From Eledone cirrhosa (lineage: Eukaryota): DNA of 64,000 nucleotides. Below, in pieces: positions 29,036 to 44,000 of this stretch. Made by a program: the position numbers and the translations under genes. Where the stretch lies: NCBI GenBank assembly GCA_964016885.1, contig OZ024750.1, forward strand, positions 42,718,001-42,782,000, in the 5' to 3' direction. The stretch's first letter is position 1. Every line of letters begins with the position of its first letter. The notes below the pieces were generated by a model, which was not told where the DNA came from, did not search any database, and saw only the letters and a list, made by a program, of their open reading frames with translations.

Positions 29036-32000
29036 TCACCACAGTTGTCAAGATCATTGTCACTGTCACCACCACAGTTGTCATCATCATTGTCATTGTC
29101 ATCACCACAGTTGTCAACATCATTGTCACTGTCACCACCACAGTTGTCATCATCATTGTCATTGTCACCACCACAGTTGTCATCATCATTGTCATTGTCA
29201 CCACCACAGTTGTCATCATCATTGTCACTGTCACCACCACAGTTGTCATCATCATCGTCACTGTCTCCACCACAGTTGTCATCATCATTGTCACTGTCAC
29301 CACCACAGCTGTCATCATCATTGTCATTGTCACCACCACAGTTGTCATCATCATTGTCACTGTCACCACCACAGTTGTCATCATCATTGTCATTGTCATC
29401 ACCACAGTTGTCATCATCATTGTCATTGTCATCACCACAGTTGTCAACATCATTGTCACTGTCACCACCACAGTTGTCATCATCATTGTCATTGTCACCA
29501 ACACAGTTGTCATCATCATTGTCATTGTCACCACCACAGTTGTCATCATCATTGTCACTGTCTCCACCACAGTTGTCATCATCATTGTCACTGTCACCAC
29601 CACAGTTGTCATCATCATTGTCACTGTCTCCACCACAGTTGTCATCATCATTGTCACTGTCACCACCACAGTTGTCATCATCATTGTCACTGTCACCACC
29701 ACAGCTGTCATCATCATTGTCATTGTCACCACCACAGTTGTCATCATCATTGTCATTGTCATCACCACAGTTGTCAACATCATTGTCACTGTCACCACCA
29801 CAGTTGTCATCATCATTGTCATTGTCACCAACACAGTTGTCATCATCATTGTCACTGTCACCACCACAGTTGTCATCATCATTGTCATTGTCATCACCAC
29901 AGTTGTCATCATCATTGTCATTGTCATCACCACAGTTGTCAACATCATTGTCACTGTCACCACCACAGTTGTCATCATCATTGTCATTGTCACCAACACA
30001 GTTGTCATCATCATTGTCATTGTCACCACCACAGTTGTCATCATCATTGTCACTGTCACCACCACAGTTGTCATCATCATTGTCACTGTCTCCACCACAG
30101 TTGTCATCATCATTGTCACTGTCACCACCACAGCTGTCATCATCATTGTCATTGTCACCACCACAGTTGTCATCATCATTGTCACTGTCACCACCACAGT
30201 TGTCATCATGATTGTCATTGTCATCACCACAGTTGTCATCATCATTGTCATTGTCATCACCACAGTTGTCAACATCATTGTCACTGTCACCACCACAGTT
30301 GTCATCATCATTGTCATTGTCATCACCACAGTTGTCATCATCATTGTCATTGTCACCACCACAGTTGTCATCACTGTTGTCATTGTCACCACCACAGTTG
30401 TCACCATCATTGTCACTGTCACCACCACAGTTGTCATCATCATTGTCACTGTCACCACCACAGTTGTCATCATCATTGTCATTGTCACCACCACAGTTGT
30501 CATCATCAGTGTCATTGTCACCACCACAGTTGTCATCATCATTGTCATTGTCATCACCACAGTTGTCATCATCATTGTCACTGTCACCACCACAGTTGTC
30601 ATCATCATTGTCATTGTCATCACCACAGTTGTCATCATCATTGTCATTGTCACCACCACAGTTGTCAACATCATTGTCACTGTCACCACCACAGTTGTCA
30701 TCATCATTGTCCTTGTCATCACCACAGTTGTCAACATTATTGTCACTGTCACCACCACAGTTGTCATCATCATTGTCATTGTCACCACCACAGTTGTCAC
30801 CACCACAGTTGTCATCATCATTGTCATTGTCATCATCATTGTCATTGTCATCACCACAGTTGTCATCATCATTGTCACTGTCACCACCACAGTTGTCATC
30901 ATCATTGTCATTGTCATCACCACAGTTGTCATCATCATTGTCATTGTCACCACCACAGTTGTCACCAACACAGTTGTCATCATCATTGTCATTGTCATCA
31001 CCACAGTTGTCATCATCATTGTCATTGTCATCACCACAGTTGTCAACATCATTGTCACTGTCACCACCACAGTTGTCATCATCATTGTCATTGTCATCAT
31101 CACAGTTGTCATCATCATTGTCATTGTCATCACCACAGTTGTCAACATCATTGTCACTGTCACCACCACAGTTGTCAACATCATTGTCACTGTCACCACC
31201 ACAGTTGTCATCATCATTGTCATTGTCACCACCACAGTTGTCACCAACACAGTTGTCATCATCATTGTCATTGTCATCACCACAGTTGTCATCATCATTG
31301 TCATTGTCATCACCACAGTTGTCAACATCATTGTCACTGTCACCACCACAGTTGTCATCATCATTGTCATTGTCATCACCACAGTTGTCAACATCATTGT
31401 CAATGTCACCACCACAGTTGTCACCACCAGAGTTGTCATCATCATTGTCATTGTCATCACCACAGTTGTCATCATCATTGTCACTGTCACCACCACAGTT
31501 GTCATCATCATTGTCATTGTCATCACCACAGTTGTCATCATCATTGTCACTGTCACCACCACAGTTGTCATCATCATTGTCATTGTCATCACCACAGTTG
31601 TCAACATCATTGTCACTGTCACCACCACAGTTGTCATCATCATTGTCATTGTCACCACCACAGTTGTCACCACCACAGTTGTCATCATCATTGTCCCTTT
31701 CACCACCACAGTTGTCATCATCATTGTCACTGTCACCACCACAGTTGTCATCATCATTGTCATTGTCATCACCACAGTTGTTAACATCATTGTCACTGTC
31801 ACCACCACAGTTGTCATCATCATTGTCATTGTCACCACCACAGTTGTCATCATCATTGTAATTGTCACCACCACAGTTGTCATCATCATTGTCACTGTCA
31901 CCACCACAGTTGTCATCATCATTGTCACTGTCACCACCACAGTTGTCATCATCATTGTCACTGTCACCACCACAGTTGTCATCATCATTGTCACTGTCAC

Positions 32001-35000
32001 CACCACAGCTGTCATCATCATTGTCATTGTCACCACCACAGTTGTCATCATCATTGTCACTGTCACCACCACAGTTGTCATCATCATTGTCATTGTCATC
32101 ACCACAGTTGTCATCATCATTGTCATTGTCATCACCACAGTTGTCATCATCATTGTCATTGTCACCACCACAGTTGTCACCACCACAGTTGTCATCATCA
32201 TCGTCATTGTCACCACCACATTTGTCATCATCATTGTCATTGTCACCACCACAGTTGTCATCATCATCGTCATTGTCACCACCACAGTTGTCATCATCAT
32301 TGTCACTGTCACCACCACAGTTGTCACCATCATTGTCATTGTCACCACCACAGTTGTCATCATCATTGTCATTGTCACCACCACAGTTGTCATCATCATT
32401 GTCACTGTCACCACCACAGTTGTCACCATCATTGTCATTGTCACCACCACAGTTGTCATCATCATTGTCATTGTCACCACCACAGTTGTCATCATCATTG
32501 TCACTGTCACCACCACAGTTGTCATCATCATTGTCATTGTCATCACCACAGTTGTCATCATCATTGTCATTGTCACCACCACAGTTGTCATCATCATTGT
32601 CATTGTCACCACCACAGTTGTCATCATCATTGTCACTGTGACCACCACAGTTGTCACCATCATTGTCATTGTCACCACCACAGTTGTCATCATCATTGTC
32701 ATTGTCACCACCACAGTTGTCATCATCATTGTCACTGTCACCACCACAGTTGTCATCATCATTGTCATTGTCATCACCACAGTTGTCAGCATCATTGTCA
32801 CTGTCACCACCACAGTTGTCATCATCATTGTCATTGTCACCACCACAGTTGTCATCATCATTGTCATTGTCACCACCACAGTTGTCATCATCATTGTCAT
32901 TGTCACCACCACAGTTGTCATCATCATTGTCATTGTCACTACCACAGTTGTCATCATCATTGTCATTGTCATCACCACAGTTGTCATCATCATTGTCATT
33001 GTCACCACCACAGTTGTCATCATCATTGTCACTGTCACCACCACAGTTGTCACCATCATTGTCATTGTCACCACCACAGTTGTCACCACCACAGCTGTCA
33101 TCATCATTGTCATTGTCACCACCACAATTGTCATCGTCATTGTCATTGTCATCACCACAGTTGTCATCATCATTGTCATTGTCACCACCACAGTTGTCAC
33201 CATCATTGTCATTGTCACCACCACAGTTGTCACCACCACAGTTGTCATCATCATTGTCATTGTCACCACCACAGTTGTCATCGTCATTGTCATTGTCATC
33301 ACCACAGTTGTCAACATCATTGTCACTGTCACCACCACAGTTGTCATCATCATTGTCATTGTCATCACCACAGTTGTCAACATCATTGTCACTGTCACCA
33401 CCACAGTTGTCATCATCATTGTCATTGTCACCACCACAGTTGTCATCATCATTGTCATTGTCATCACCACAGTTGTCATCATCATTGTCACTGTCACCAC
33501 CACAGTTGTCATCATCATCGTCACTGTCTCCACCACAGTTGTCATCATCATTGTCACTGTCACCACCACAGCTGTCATCATCATTGTCATTGTCACCACC
33601 ACAGTTGTCATCATCATTGTCACTGTCACCACCACAGTTGTCATCATCATTGTCACTGTCACCACCACAGTTGTCATCATCATTGTCACTGTCACCACCA
33701 CAGTTGTCATCATCATTGTCACTGTCACCACCACAGCTGTCATCATCATTGTCATTGTCACCACCACAGTTGTCATCATCATTGTCACTGTCACCACCAC
33801 AGTTGTCATCATCATTGTCATTGTCATCACCACAGTTGTCATCATCATTGTCATTGTCACCACCACAGTTGTCACCACCACAGTTGTCATCATCATCGTC
33901 ATTGTCACCACCACATTTGTCATCATCATTGTCATTGTCACCACCACAGTTGTCATCATCATCGTCATTGTCACCACCACAGTTGTCATCATCATTGTCA
34001 CTGTCACCACCACAGTTGTCACCATCATTGTCATTGTCACCACCACAGTTGTCATCATCATTGTCATTGTCACCACCACAGTTGTCATCATCATTGTCAC
34101 TGTCACCACCACAGTTGTCACCATCATTGTCATTGTCACCACCACAGTTGTCATCATCATTGTCATTGTCACCACCACAGTTGTCATCATCATTGTCACT
34201 GTCACCACCACAGTTGTCATCATCATTGTCATTGTCATCACCACAGTTGTCATCATCATTGTCATTGTCACCACCACAGTTGTCATCATCATTGTCATTG
34301 TCACCACCACAGTTGTCATCATCATTGTCACTGTCACCACCACAGTTGTCACCATCATTGTCATTGTCACCACCACAGTTGTCATCATCATTGTCATTGT
34401 CACCACCACAGTTGTCATCATCATTGTCATTGTCACCACCACAGTTGTCATCATCATTGTCATTGTCATCACCACAGTTGTCAGCATCATTGTCACTGTC
34501 ACCACCACAGTTGTCATCATCATTGTCATTGTCACCACCACAGTTGTCATCATCATTGTCATTGTCACCACCACAGTTGTCATCATCATTGTCATTGTCA
34601 CCACCACAGTTGTCATCATCATTGTCATTGTCACTACCACAGTTGTCATCATCATTGTCATTGTCATCACCACAGTTGTCATCATCATTGTCATTGTCAC
34701 CACCACAGTTGTCATCATCATTGTCACTGTCACCACCACAGTTGTCACCATCATTGTCATTGTCACCACCACAGTTGTCACCACCACAGCTGTCATCATC
34801 ATTGTCATTGTCACCACCACAATTGTCATCGTCATTGTCATTGTCATCACCACAGTTGTCATCATCATTGTCATTGTCACAACCACAGTTGTCACCATCA
34901 TTGTCATTGTCACCACCACAGTTGTCACCACCACAGTTGTCATCATCATTGTCATTGTCACCACCACAGTTGTCATCGTCATTGTCATTGTCATCACCAC

Positions 35001-38000
35001 AGTTGTCAACATCATTGTCACTGTCACCACCACAGTTGTCATCATCATTGTCATTGTCATCACCACAGTTGTCAACATCATTGTCACTGTCACCACCACA
35101 GTTGTCATCATCATTGTCATTGTCACCACCACAGTTGTCATCATCATTGTCATTGTCATCACCACAGTTGTCATCATCATTGTCACTGTCACCACCACAG
35201 TTGTCATCATCATCGTCACTGTCTCCACCACAGTTGTCATCATCATTGTCACTGTCACCACCACAGCTGTCATCATCATTGTCATTGTCACCACCACAGT
35301 TGTCATCATCATTGTCACTGTCACCACCACAGTTGTCATCATCATTGTCATTGTCATCACCACAGTTGTCATCATCATTGTCATTGTCATCACCACAGTT
35401 GTCAACATCATTGTCACTGTCACCACCACAGTTGTCATCATCATTGTCATTGTCACCAACACAGTTGTCATCATCATTGTCATTGTCACCACCACAGTTG
35501 TCATCATCATTGTCACTGTCTCCACCACAGTTGTCATCATCATTGTCACTGTCACCACCACAGTTGTCATCATCATTGTCACTGTCTCCACCACAGTTGT
35601 CATCATCATTGTCACTGTCACCACCACAGTTGTCATCATCATTGTCACTGTCACCACCACAGCTGTCATCATCATTGTCATTGTCACCACCACAGTTGTC
35701 ATCATCATTGTCATTGTCATCACCACAGTTGTCAACATCATTGTCACTGTCACCACCACAGTTGTCATCATCATTGTCATTGTCACCAACACAGTTGTCA
35801 TCATCATTGTCACTGTCACCACCACAGTTGTCATCATCATTGTCATTGTCATCACCACAGTTGTCATCATCATTGTCATTGTCATCACCACAGTTGTCAA
35901 CATCATTGTCACTGTCACCACCACAGTTGTCATCATCATTGTCATTGTCACCAACACAGTTGTCATCATCATTGTCATTGTCACCACCACAGTTGTCATC
36001 ATCATTGTCACTGTCACCACCACAGTTGTCATCATCATTGTCATTGTCACCACCACAGTTGTCATCATCATTGTCATTGTCACCACCACAGCTGACATCA
36101 TCATTGTCATTGTCATCACCACAGTTGTCATCATCATTGTCACTGTCACCACCACAGCTGTCATCATCATTGTCATTGTCACCACCACAGTTGTCATCAT
36201 CATTGTCACTGTCACCACCACAGTTGTCATCATGATTGTCATTGTCATCACCACAGTTGTCATCATCATTGTCATTGTCATCACCACAGTTGTCAACATC
36301 ATTGTCACTGTCACCACCACAGTTGTCATCATCATTGTCATTGTCATCACCACAGTTGTCATCATCATTGTCATTGTCACCACCACAGTTGTCACCACCA
36401 CAGTTGTCATCATCATCGTCATTGCACCATCACAGTTGTCATCATCATTGTCATTGTCACCACCACAGTTGTCATCATCATCGTCATTGTCACCACCACA
36501 TTAGTCATCATCATTGTCACTGTCACCACCACAGTTGTCACCATCATTGTCATTGTCACCACCACAGTTGTCATCATCATTGTCACCACCACAGTTGTCA
36601 TCATCATTGTCACTGTCACCACCACAGTTGTCACCATCATTGTCATTGTCACCACCACATTTGTCATCATCATTGTCATTGTCACCACCACAGTTGTCAT
36701 CATCATTGTCACTGTCACCACCACAGTAGTCATCATCATTGTCATTGTCATCACCACAGTTGTCATCATCATTGTCACTGTCACCACCACAGTTGTCATC
36801 ATCATTGTCATTGTCATCACCACAGTTGTCATCATCATTGTCATTGTCACCACCACAGTTGTCATCATCATTGTCATTGTCACCACCACAGTTGTCATCA
36901 TCATTGTCAATGTCACCACCACAGTTGTCACCATCATTGTCATTGTCACCACCACAGTTGTTATCATCATTGTCATTGTCACCACCACAGTTGTCATCAT
37001 CATTGTCACTGTCACCACCACAGTTGTCATCATCATTGTCATTGTCATCACCACAGTTGTCATCATCATTGTCACTGTCACCACCACAGTTGTCATCATC
37101 ATTGTCATTGTCACCACCACAGTTGTCATCATCATTGTCATTGTCTCCACCACAGTTGTCATCATCATTGTCATTGTCACCACCACAGTTGTCATCATCA
37201 TTGTCATTGTCACTACCACAGTTGTCATCATCATTGTCATTGTCATCACCACAGTTGTCATCATCATTGTCATTGTCACCACCACAGTTGTCATCATCAT
37301 TGTCACTGTCACCACCACAGTTGTCACCATCATTGTCATTGTCACCACCACAGTTGTCACCACCACAGCTGTCATCATCATTGTCAATGTCACCACCACA
37401 GTTGTCATCGTCATTGTCATTGTCATCACCACAGTTGTCATCATCATTGTCATTGTCACCACCACAGTTGTCACCATCATTGTCATTGTCACCACCACAG
37501 TTGTCATCATCATTGTCATTGTCACCACCACAGTTGTCATCGTCATTGTCATTGTCATCAACACAGTTGTCATCATCATTGTCATTGTCACCACCACAGT
37601 TGTCATCGTCATTGTCACTGTCACCACCACAGTTGTCATCATCATTGTAATTGTCACCACCACAGTTGTCATTATCATTGTCATTGTCACCACCACAGTT
37701 GTCACCACCACAGTTGTCATCATCATCGTCATTGTCACCACCACAGTTGTCATCATCATTGTCATTGTCACCACCACAGTTGTCATCATCATTGTCATTG
37801 TCACCACCACAGTTGTCATAATCATTGTCATTGTCACCACCACAGTTGTCATCATCATTGTCATTGTCACCACCACAGTTGTCATCATCATTGTCATTGT
37901 CACCACCACAGTTGTCATCATCATTATCACTGTCACCACCACAGTTGTCACCATCATTGTCATTGTCACCACCACAGTTGTCACCATCATTGTCATTGTC

Positions 38001-41000
38001 ACCACCACAGTTGTCATCATCATTGTCACTGTCACCACAAACAGTTGTCATCATCATTGTCATTGTCACCACCACAGTTGTCATCATCATTGTCATTGTC
38101 ACTACCACAGTTGTCATCATCATTGTCATTGTCCTCACCACAGTTGTCATCATCATTGTCATTGTCACCACCACAGTTGTCATCATCATTGTCATTGTCA
38201 CCACCACAGTTGTCATCATCATTGTCATTGTCACTACCACAGTTGTCATCATCATTGTCATTGTCATCACCACAGTTGACATCATCATTGTCATTGTCAT
38301 CACCACAGTTGTCATCATCATTGTCATTGTCATCACCACAGTTGTCATCATCATTGTCATTGTCACCACCACAGTTGTCACCATCATTGTCATTGTCACC
38401 ACCACAGTTGTCACCATCATTGTCATTGTCACCACCACAGTTGGCACCACCACAGTTGTCATCATCATTGTCATTGTCATCACCACAGTTGTCATCATCA
38501 TTGTCATTGTCACCACCACAGTTGTCATCATCATTATCACTGTCACCACCACAGTTGTCACCATCATTGTCATTGTCACCACCACAGTTGTCACCATCAT
38601 TGTCATTGTCACCACCACAGTTGTCATCATCATTGTCATTGTCACCACCACAGTTGTCATCATCATTGTCATTGTCACCACCACAGTTGTCATCGTCATT
38701 GTCATTGTCATCACCACAGTTGTCATCATCATTGTCATTGTCACCACCACAGTTGTCATCGTCATTGTCATTGTCACCACCACAGTTGTCATCATCATTG
38801 TCATTGTCACCACCACAGTTGTCATCATCATTGTCACTGTCACCACCTCAGTTGTCATCATCATTGTCACAGTCACCACCACAGTTGTCATCGTCATTGT
38901 CATTGTCATCACCACAGTTGTCATCATCATTGTCATTGTCACCACCACAGTTGTCATCGTCATTGTCATTGTCATCACCACAGTTGTCATCATCATTGTC
39001 ATTGTCACCACCACAGTTGTCATCGTCATTGTCATTGTCACCACCACAGTTGTCATGGTAATTGTCATTGTCACCACCACAGTTGTCATCATCATTGTCA
39101 CTGTCACCACCACAGTTGTCATCATCATTGTCACTGTCACCACCACAGTTGTCATCATCATTGTCACCACCACAGTTGTCATCATCATTGTCATTGTCAC
39201 CACCACAGTTGTCCTCATCATTGTCATTGTCACCACCACAGTTGTCATCGTCATTGTCACTGTCACCACCACAGTTGTCATCATCATTGTAATTGTCACC
39301 ACCACAGTTGTCATCGTCATTGTCACTGTCACCACTACAGTTGTCATCATCATTGTAATTGTCATCACCACAGTTGTCATCATCATTGTCATTGTCACCA
39401 CCACAGTTGTCATCGTCATTGTCATTGTCATCACCACAGTTGTCATCATCATTGTCATTGTCACCACCACAGTTGTCATCGTCATTGTCACTGTCACCAC
39501 CACAGTTGTCATCATCATTGTAATTGTCACCAACACAGTTGTCATCATCATTGTCACTGTCACCCCCACAGTTGTCATCATCATTGTCACTGTCACCACC
39601 ACAGTTGTCATCATCATTGTCATTGTCATCACCACAGTTGTCATCATCATTGTCATTGTCACCACCACAGTTGTCATCATCATTGTCATTGTCACCACCA
39701 CAGTTGTCATCATCATTGTCATTGTCACCACCACAGTTGTCATCATCATTGTCACTGTCACCACCACAGTTGTCATCATCATTGTCATTGTCATCACCAC
39801 AGTTGTCATCATCATTGTCACTGTCACCACCACAGTTGTCATCATCATTGTCATTGTCACCAACACAGTTGTCACCATCATTGTCATTGTCACCACCACA
39901 GTTGTCATCATCATTGTCACTGTCACCACCACAGTTGTCATCATCATTGTCATTGTCACCACCACAGTTGTCATCATCATTGTCATTGTCACCACCACAG
40001 TTGTCATCATCATTGTCATTGTCACCACCACAGTTGTCATCGTCATTGTCATTGTCATCACCACAGTTGTCATCATCATTGTCATTGTCACCACCACAGT
40101 TGTCATCGTCATTGTCATTGTCACCACCACAGTTGTCATCATCATTGTCATTGTCACCACCACAGTTGTCATCATCATTGTCACTGTCACCACCACAGTT
40201 GTCATCATCATTGTCATTGTCATCACCACAGTTGTCATCATCATTGTCATTGTCACCACCACAGTTGTCATCATCATTGTCATTGTCACCACCACAGTTG
40301 TCATCATCATTGTCATTGTCACCAACACAGTTGTCATCATCATTGTCACTGTCACCACCACAGTTGTCATCATCATTGTCATTGTCATCACCACAGTTGT
40401 CATCATCATTGTCACTGTCACCACCACAGTTGTCATCATCATTGTCATTGTCACCAACACAGTTGTCACCATCATTGTCATTGTCACCACCACAGTTGTC
40501 ATCATCATTGTCACTGTCACCACCACAGTTGTCATCATCATTGTCACTGTCACCACCACAGTTGTCATCATCATTGTCATTGTCACCACCACAGTTGTCA
40601 TCATCATTGTCATTGTCACCACCACAGTTGTCATCATCATTGTCATTGTCACCACCACAGTTGTCATCGTCATTGTCATTGTCATCACCACAGTTGTCAT
40701 CATCATTGTCATTGTCACCACCACAGTTGTCATCGTCATTGTCATTGTCACCACCACAGTTGTCATCATCATTGTCATTGTCACCACCACAGTTGTCATC
40801 ATCATTGTCACTGTCACCACCTCAGTTGTCATCATCATTGTCACAGTCACCACCACAGTTGTCATCGTCATTGTCATTGTCATCACCACAGTTGTCATCA
40901 TCATTGTCATTGTCACCACCACAGTTGTCATCGTCATTGTCATTGTCATCACCACAGTTGTCATCATCATTGTCATTGTCACCACCACAGTTGTCATCGT

Positions 41001-44000
41001 CATTGTCATTGTCACCACCACAGTTGTCATGGTAATTGTCATTGTCACCACCACAGTTGTCATCATCATTGTCACTGTCACCACCACAGTTGTCATCATC
41101 ATTGTCACTGTCACCACCACAGTTGTCATCATCATTGTCACCACCACAGTTGTCATCATCATTGTCATTGTCACCACCACAGTTGTCCTCATCATTGTCA
41201 TTGTCACCACCACAGTTGTCATCGTCATTGTCACTGTCACCACCACAGTTGTCATCATCATTGTAATTGTCACCACCACAGTTGTCATCGTCATTGTCAC
41301 TGTCACCACTACAGTTGTCATCATCATTGTAATTGTCATCACCACAGTTGTCATCATCATTGTCATTGTCACCACCACAGTTGTCATCGTCATTGTCATT
41401 GTCATCACCACAGTTGTCATCATCATTGTCATTGTCACCACCACAGTTGTCATCGTCATTGTCACTGTCACCACCACAGTTGTCATCATCATTGTAATTG
41501 TCACCAACACAGTTGTCATCATCATTGTCACTGTCACCCCCACAGTTGTCATCATCATTGTCACTGTCACCACCACAGTTGTCATCATCATTGTCATTGT
41601 CATCACCACAGTTGTCATCATCATTGTCATTGTCACCACCACAGTTGTCATCATAATTGTCATTGTCACCACCACAGTTGTCATCATCATTGTCATTGTC
41701 ACCACCACAGTTGTCATCATCATTGTCACTGTCACCACCACAGTTGTCATCATCATTGTCATTGTCATCACCACAGTTGTCATCATCATTGTCACTGTCA
41801 CCACCACAGTTGTCATCATCATTGTCATTGTCACCAACACAGTTGTCACCATCATTGTCATTGTCACCACCACAGTTGTCATCATCATTGTCACTGTCAC
41901 CACCACAGTTGTCATCATCATTGTCACTGTCACCACCACAGTTGTCATCATCATTGTCATTGTCACCACCACAGTTGTCATCATCATTGTCACTGTCACC
42001 ACCACAGTTGTCATCATCATTGTCATTGTCACCACCACAGTTGTCATCATCATTGTCATTGTCACCAACACAGTTGTCACCATCATTGTCATTGTCACCA
42101 CCACAGTTGTCATCATCATTGTCATTGTCACCAACACAGTTGTCATCATCATTGTCATTGTCACCACCACAGTTGTCATCATCATTGTCACTGTCACCAC
42201 CACAGTTGTCATCATCATTGTCATTGTCACCACCACAGTTGTCATCATCATTGTCATTGTCACCACCACAGTTGTCATCATCATTGTCATTGTCACCACC
42301 ACAGTTGTCATCATCATTGTCACTGTCACCACCACAGTTGTCATCATCATTGTCATTGTCACCACCACAGTTGTCATCATCATTGTCATTGTCACCACCA
42401 CAGTTGTCATCATCATTGTCACTGTCACCACCACAGTTGTCATCATCATTGTCACTGTCACCACCACAGTTGTCATCATCATTGTCATTGTCACCACCAC
42501 AGTTGTCATCATCATTGTCATTGTCACCACCACAGTTGTCATCATCATTGTCATTGTCACCAACACAGTTGTCATCATCATTGTCATTGTCACCACCACA
42601 GTTGTCATCATCATTGTCATTGTCACCACCACAGTTGTCATCATCATTGTCATTGTCACCACCACAGTTGTCATCATCATTGTCACTGTCACCACCACAG
42701 TTGTCATCATCATTGTCATTGTCATCACCACAGTTGTCATCATCATTGTCACTGTCACCACCACAGTTGTCATCATCATTGTCATTGTCACCAACACAGT
42801 TGTCACCATCATTGTCATTGTCACCACCACAGTTGTCATCATCATTGTCACTGTCACCACCACAGTTGTCATCATCATTGTCACTGTCACCACCACAGTT
42901 GTCATCATCATTGTCATTGTCACCACCACAGTTGTCATCATCATTGTCACTGTCACCACCACAGTTGTCATCATCATTGTCATTGTCACCACCACAGTTG
43001 TCATCATCATTGTCATTGTCACCAACACAGTTGTCACCATCATTGTCATTGTCACCACCACAGTTGTCATCATCATTGTCATTGTCACCAACACAGTTGT
43101 CATCATCATTGTCATTGTCACCACCACAGTTGTCATCATCATTGTCACTGTCACCACCACAGTTGTCATCATCATTGTCATTGTCACCACCACAGTTGTC
43201 ATCATCATTGTCATTGTCACCACCACAGTTGTCATCATCATTGTCATTGTCACCACCACAGTTGTCATCATCATTGTCACTGTCACCACCACAGTTGTCA
43301 TCATCATTGTCATTGTCACCACCACAGTGGTCATCATCATTGTCATTGTCACCACCACAGTTGTCATCATCATTGTCACTGTCACCACCACAGTTGTCAT
43401 CATCATTGTCACTGTCACCACCACAGTTGTCATCATCATTGTCATTGTCACCACCACAGTTGTCATCATCATTGTCATTGTCACCACCACAGTTGTCATC
43501 ATCATTGTCATTGTCACCAACACAGTTGTCATCATCATTGTCATTGTCACCACCACAGTTGTCATCATCATTGTCACTGTCACCACCACAGTTGTCATCA
43601 TCATTGTCATTGTCACCACCACAGTTGTCATCATCATTGTCATTGTCACCACCACAGTTGTCATCATCATTGTCACTGTCACCACCACAGTTGTCATCAT
43701 CATTGTCACTGTCACCACCACAGTTGTCATCATCATTGTCATTGTCACCACCACAGTTGTCATCATCATTGTCACTGTCACCACCACAGTTGTCACCATC
43801 ATTGTCATTGTCACCACCACAGTTGTCATCGTCATTGTCACTGTCACCACCACAGTTGTCATCATCATTGTCACTGTCACCACCACAGTTGTCATCATCA
43901 TTGTCACTGTCACCACCACAGTTGTCATCATCATTGTCACTGTCAGCACCACAGTTGTCATCATCATTGTCATTGTCACCACCACAGTTGTCACCATCAT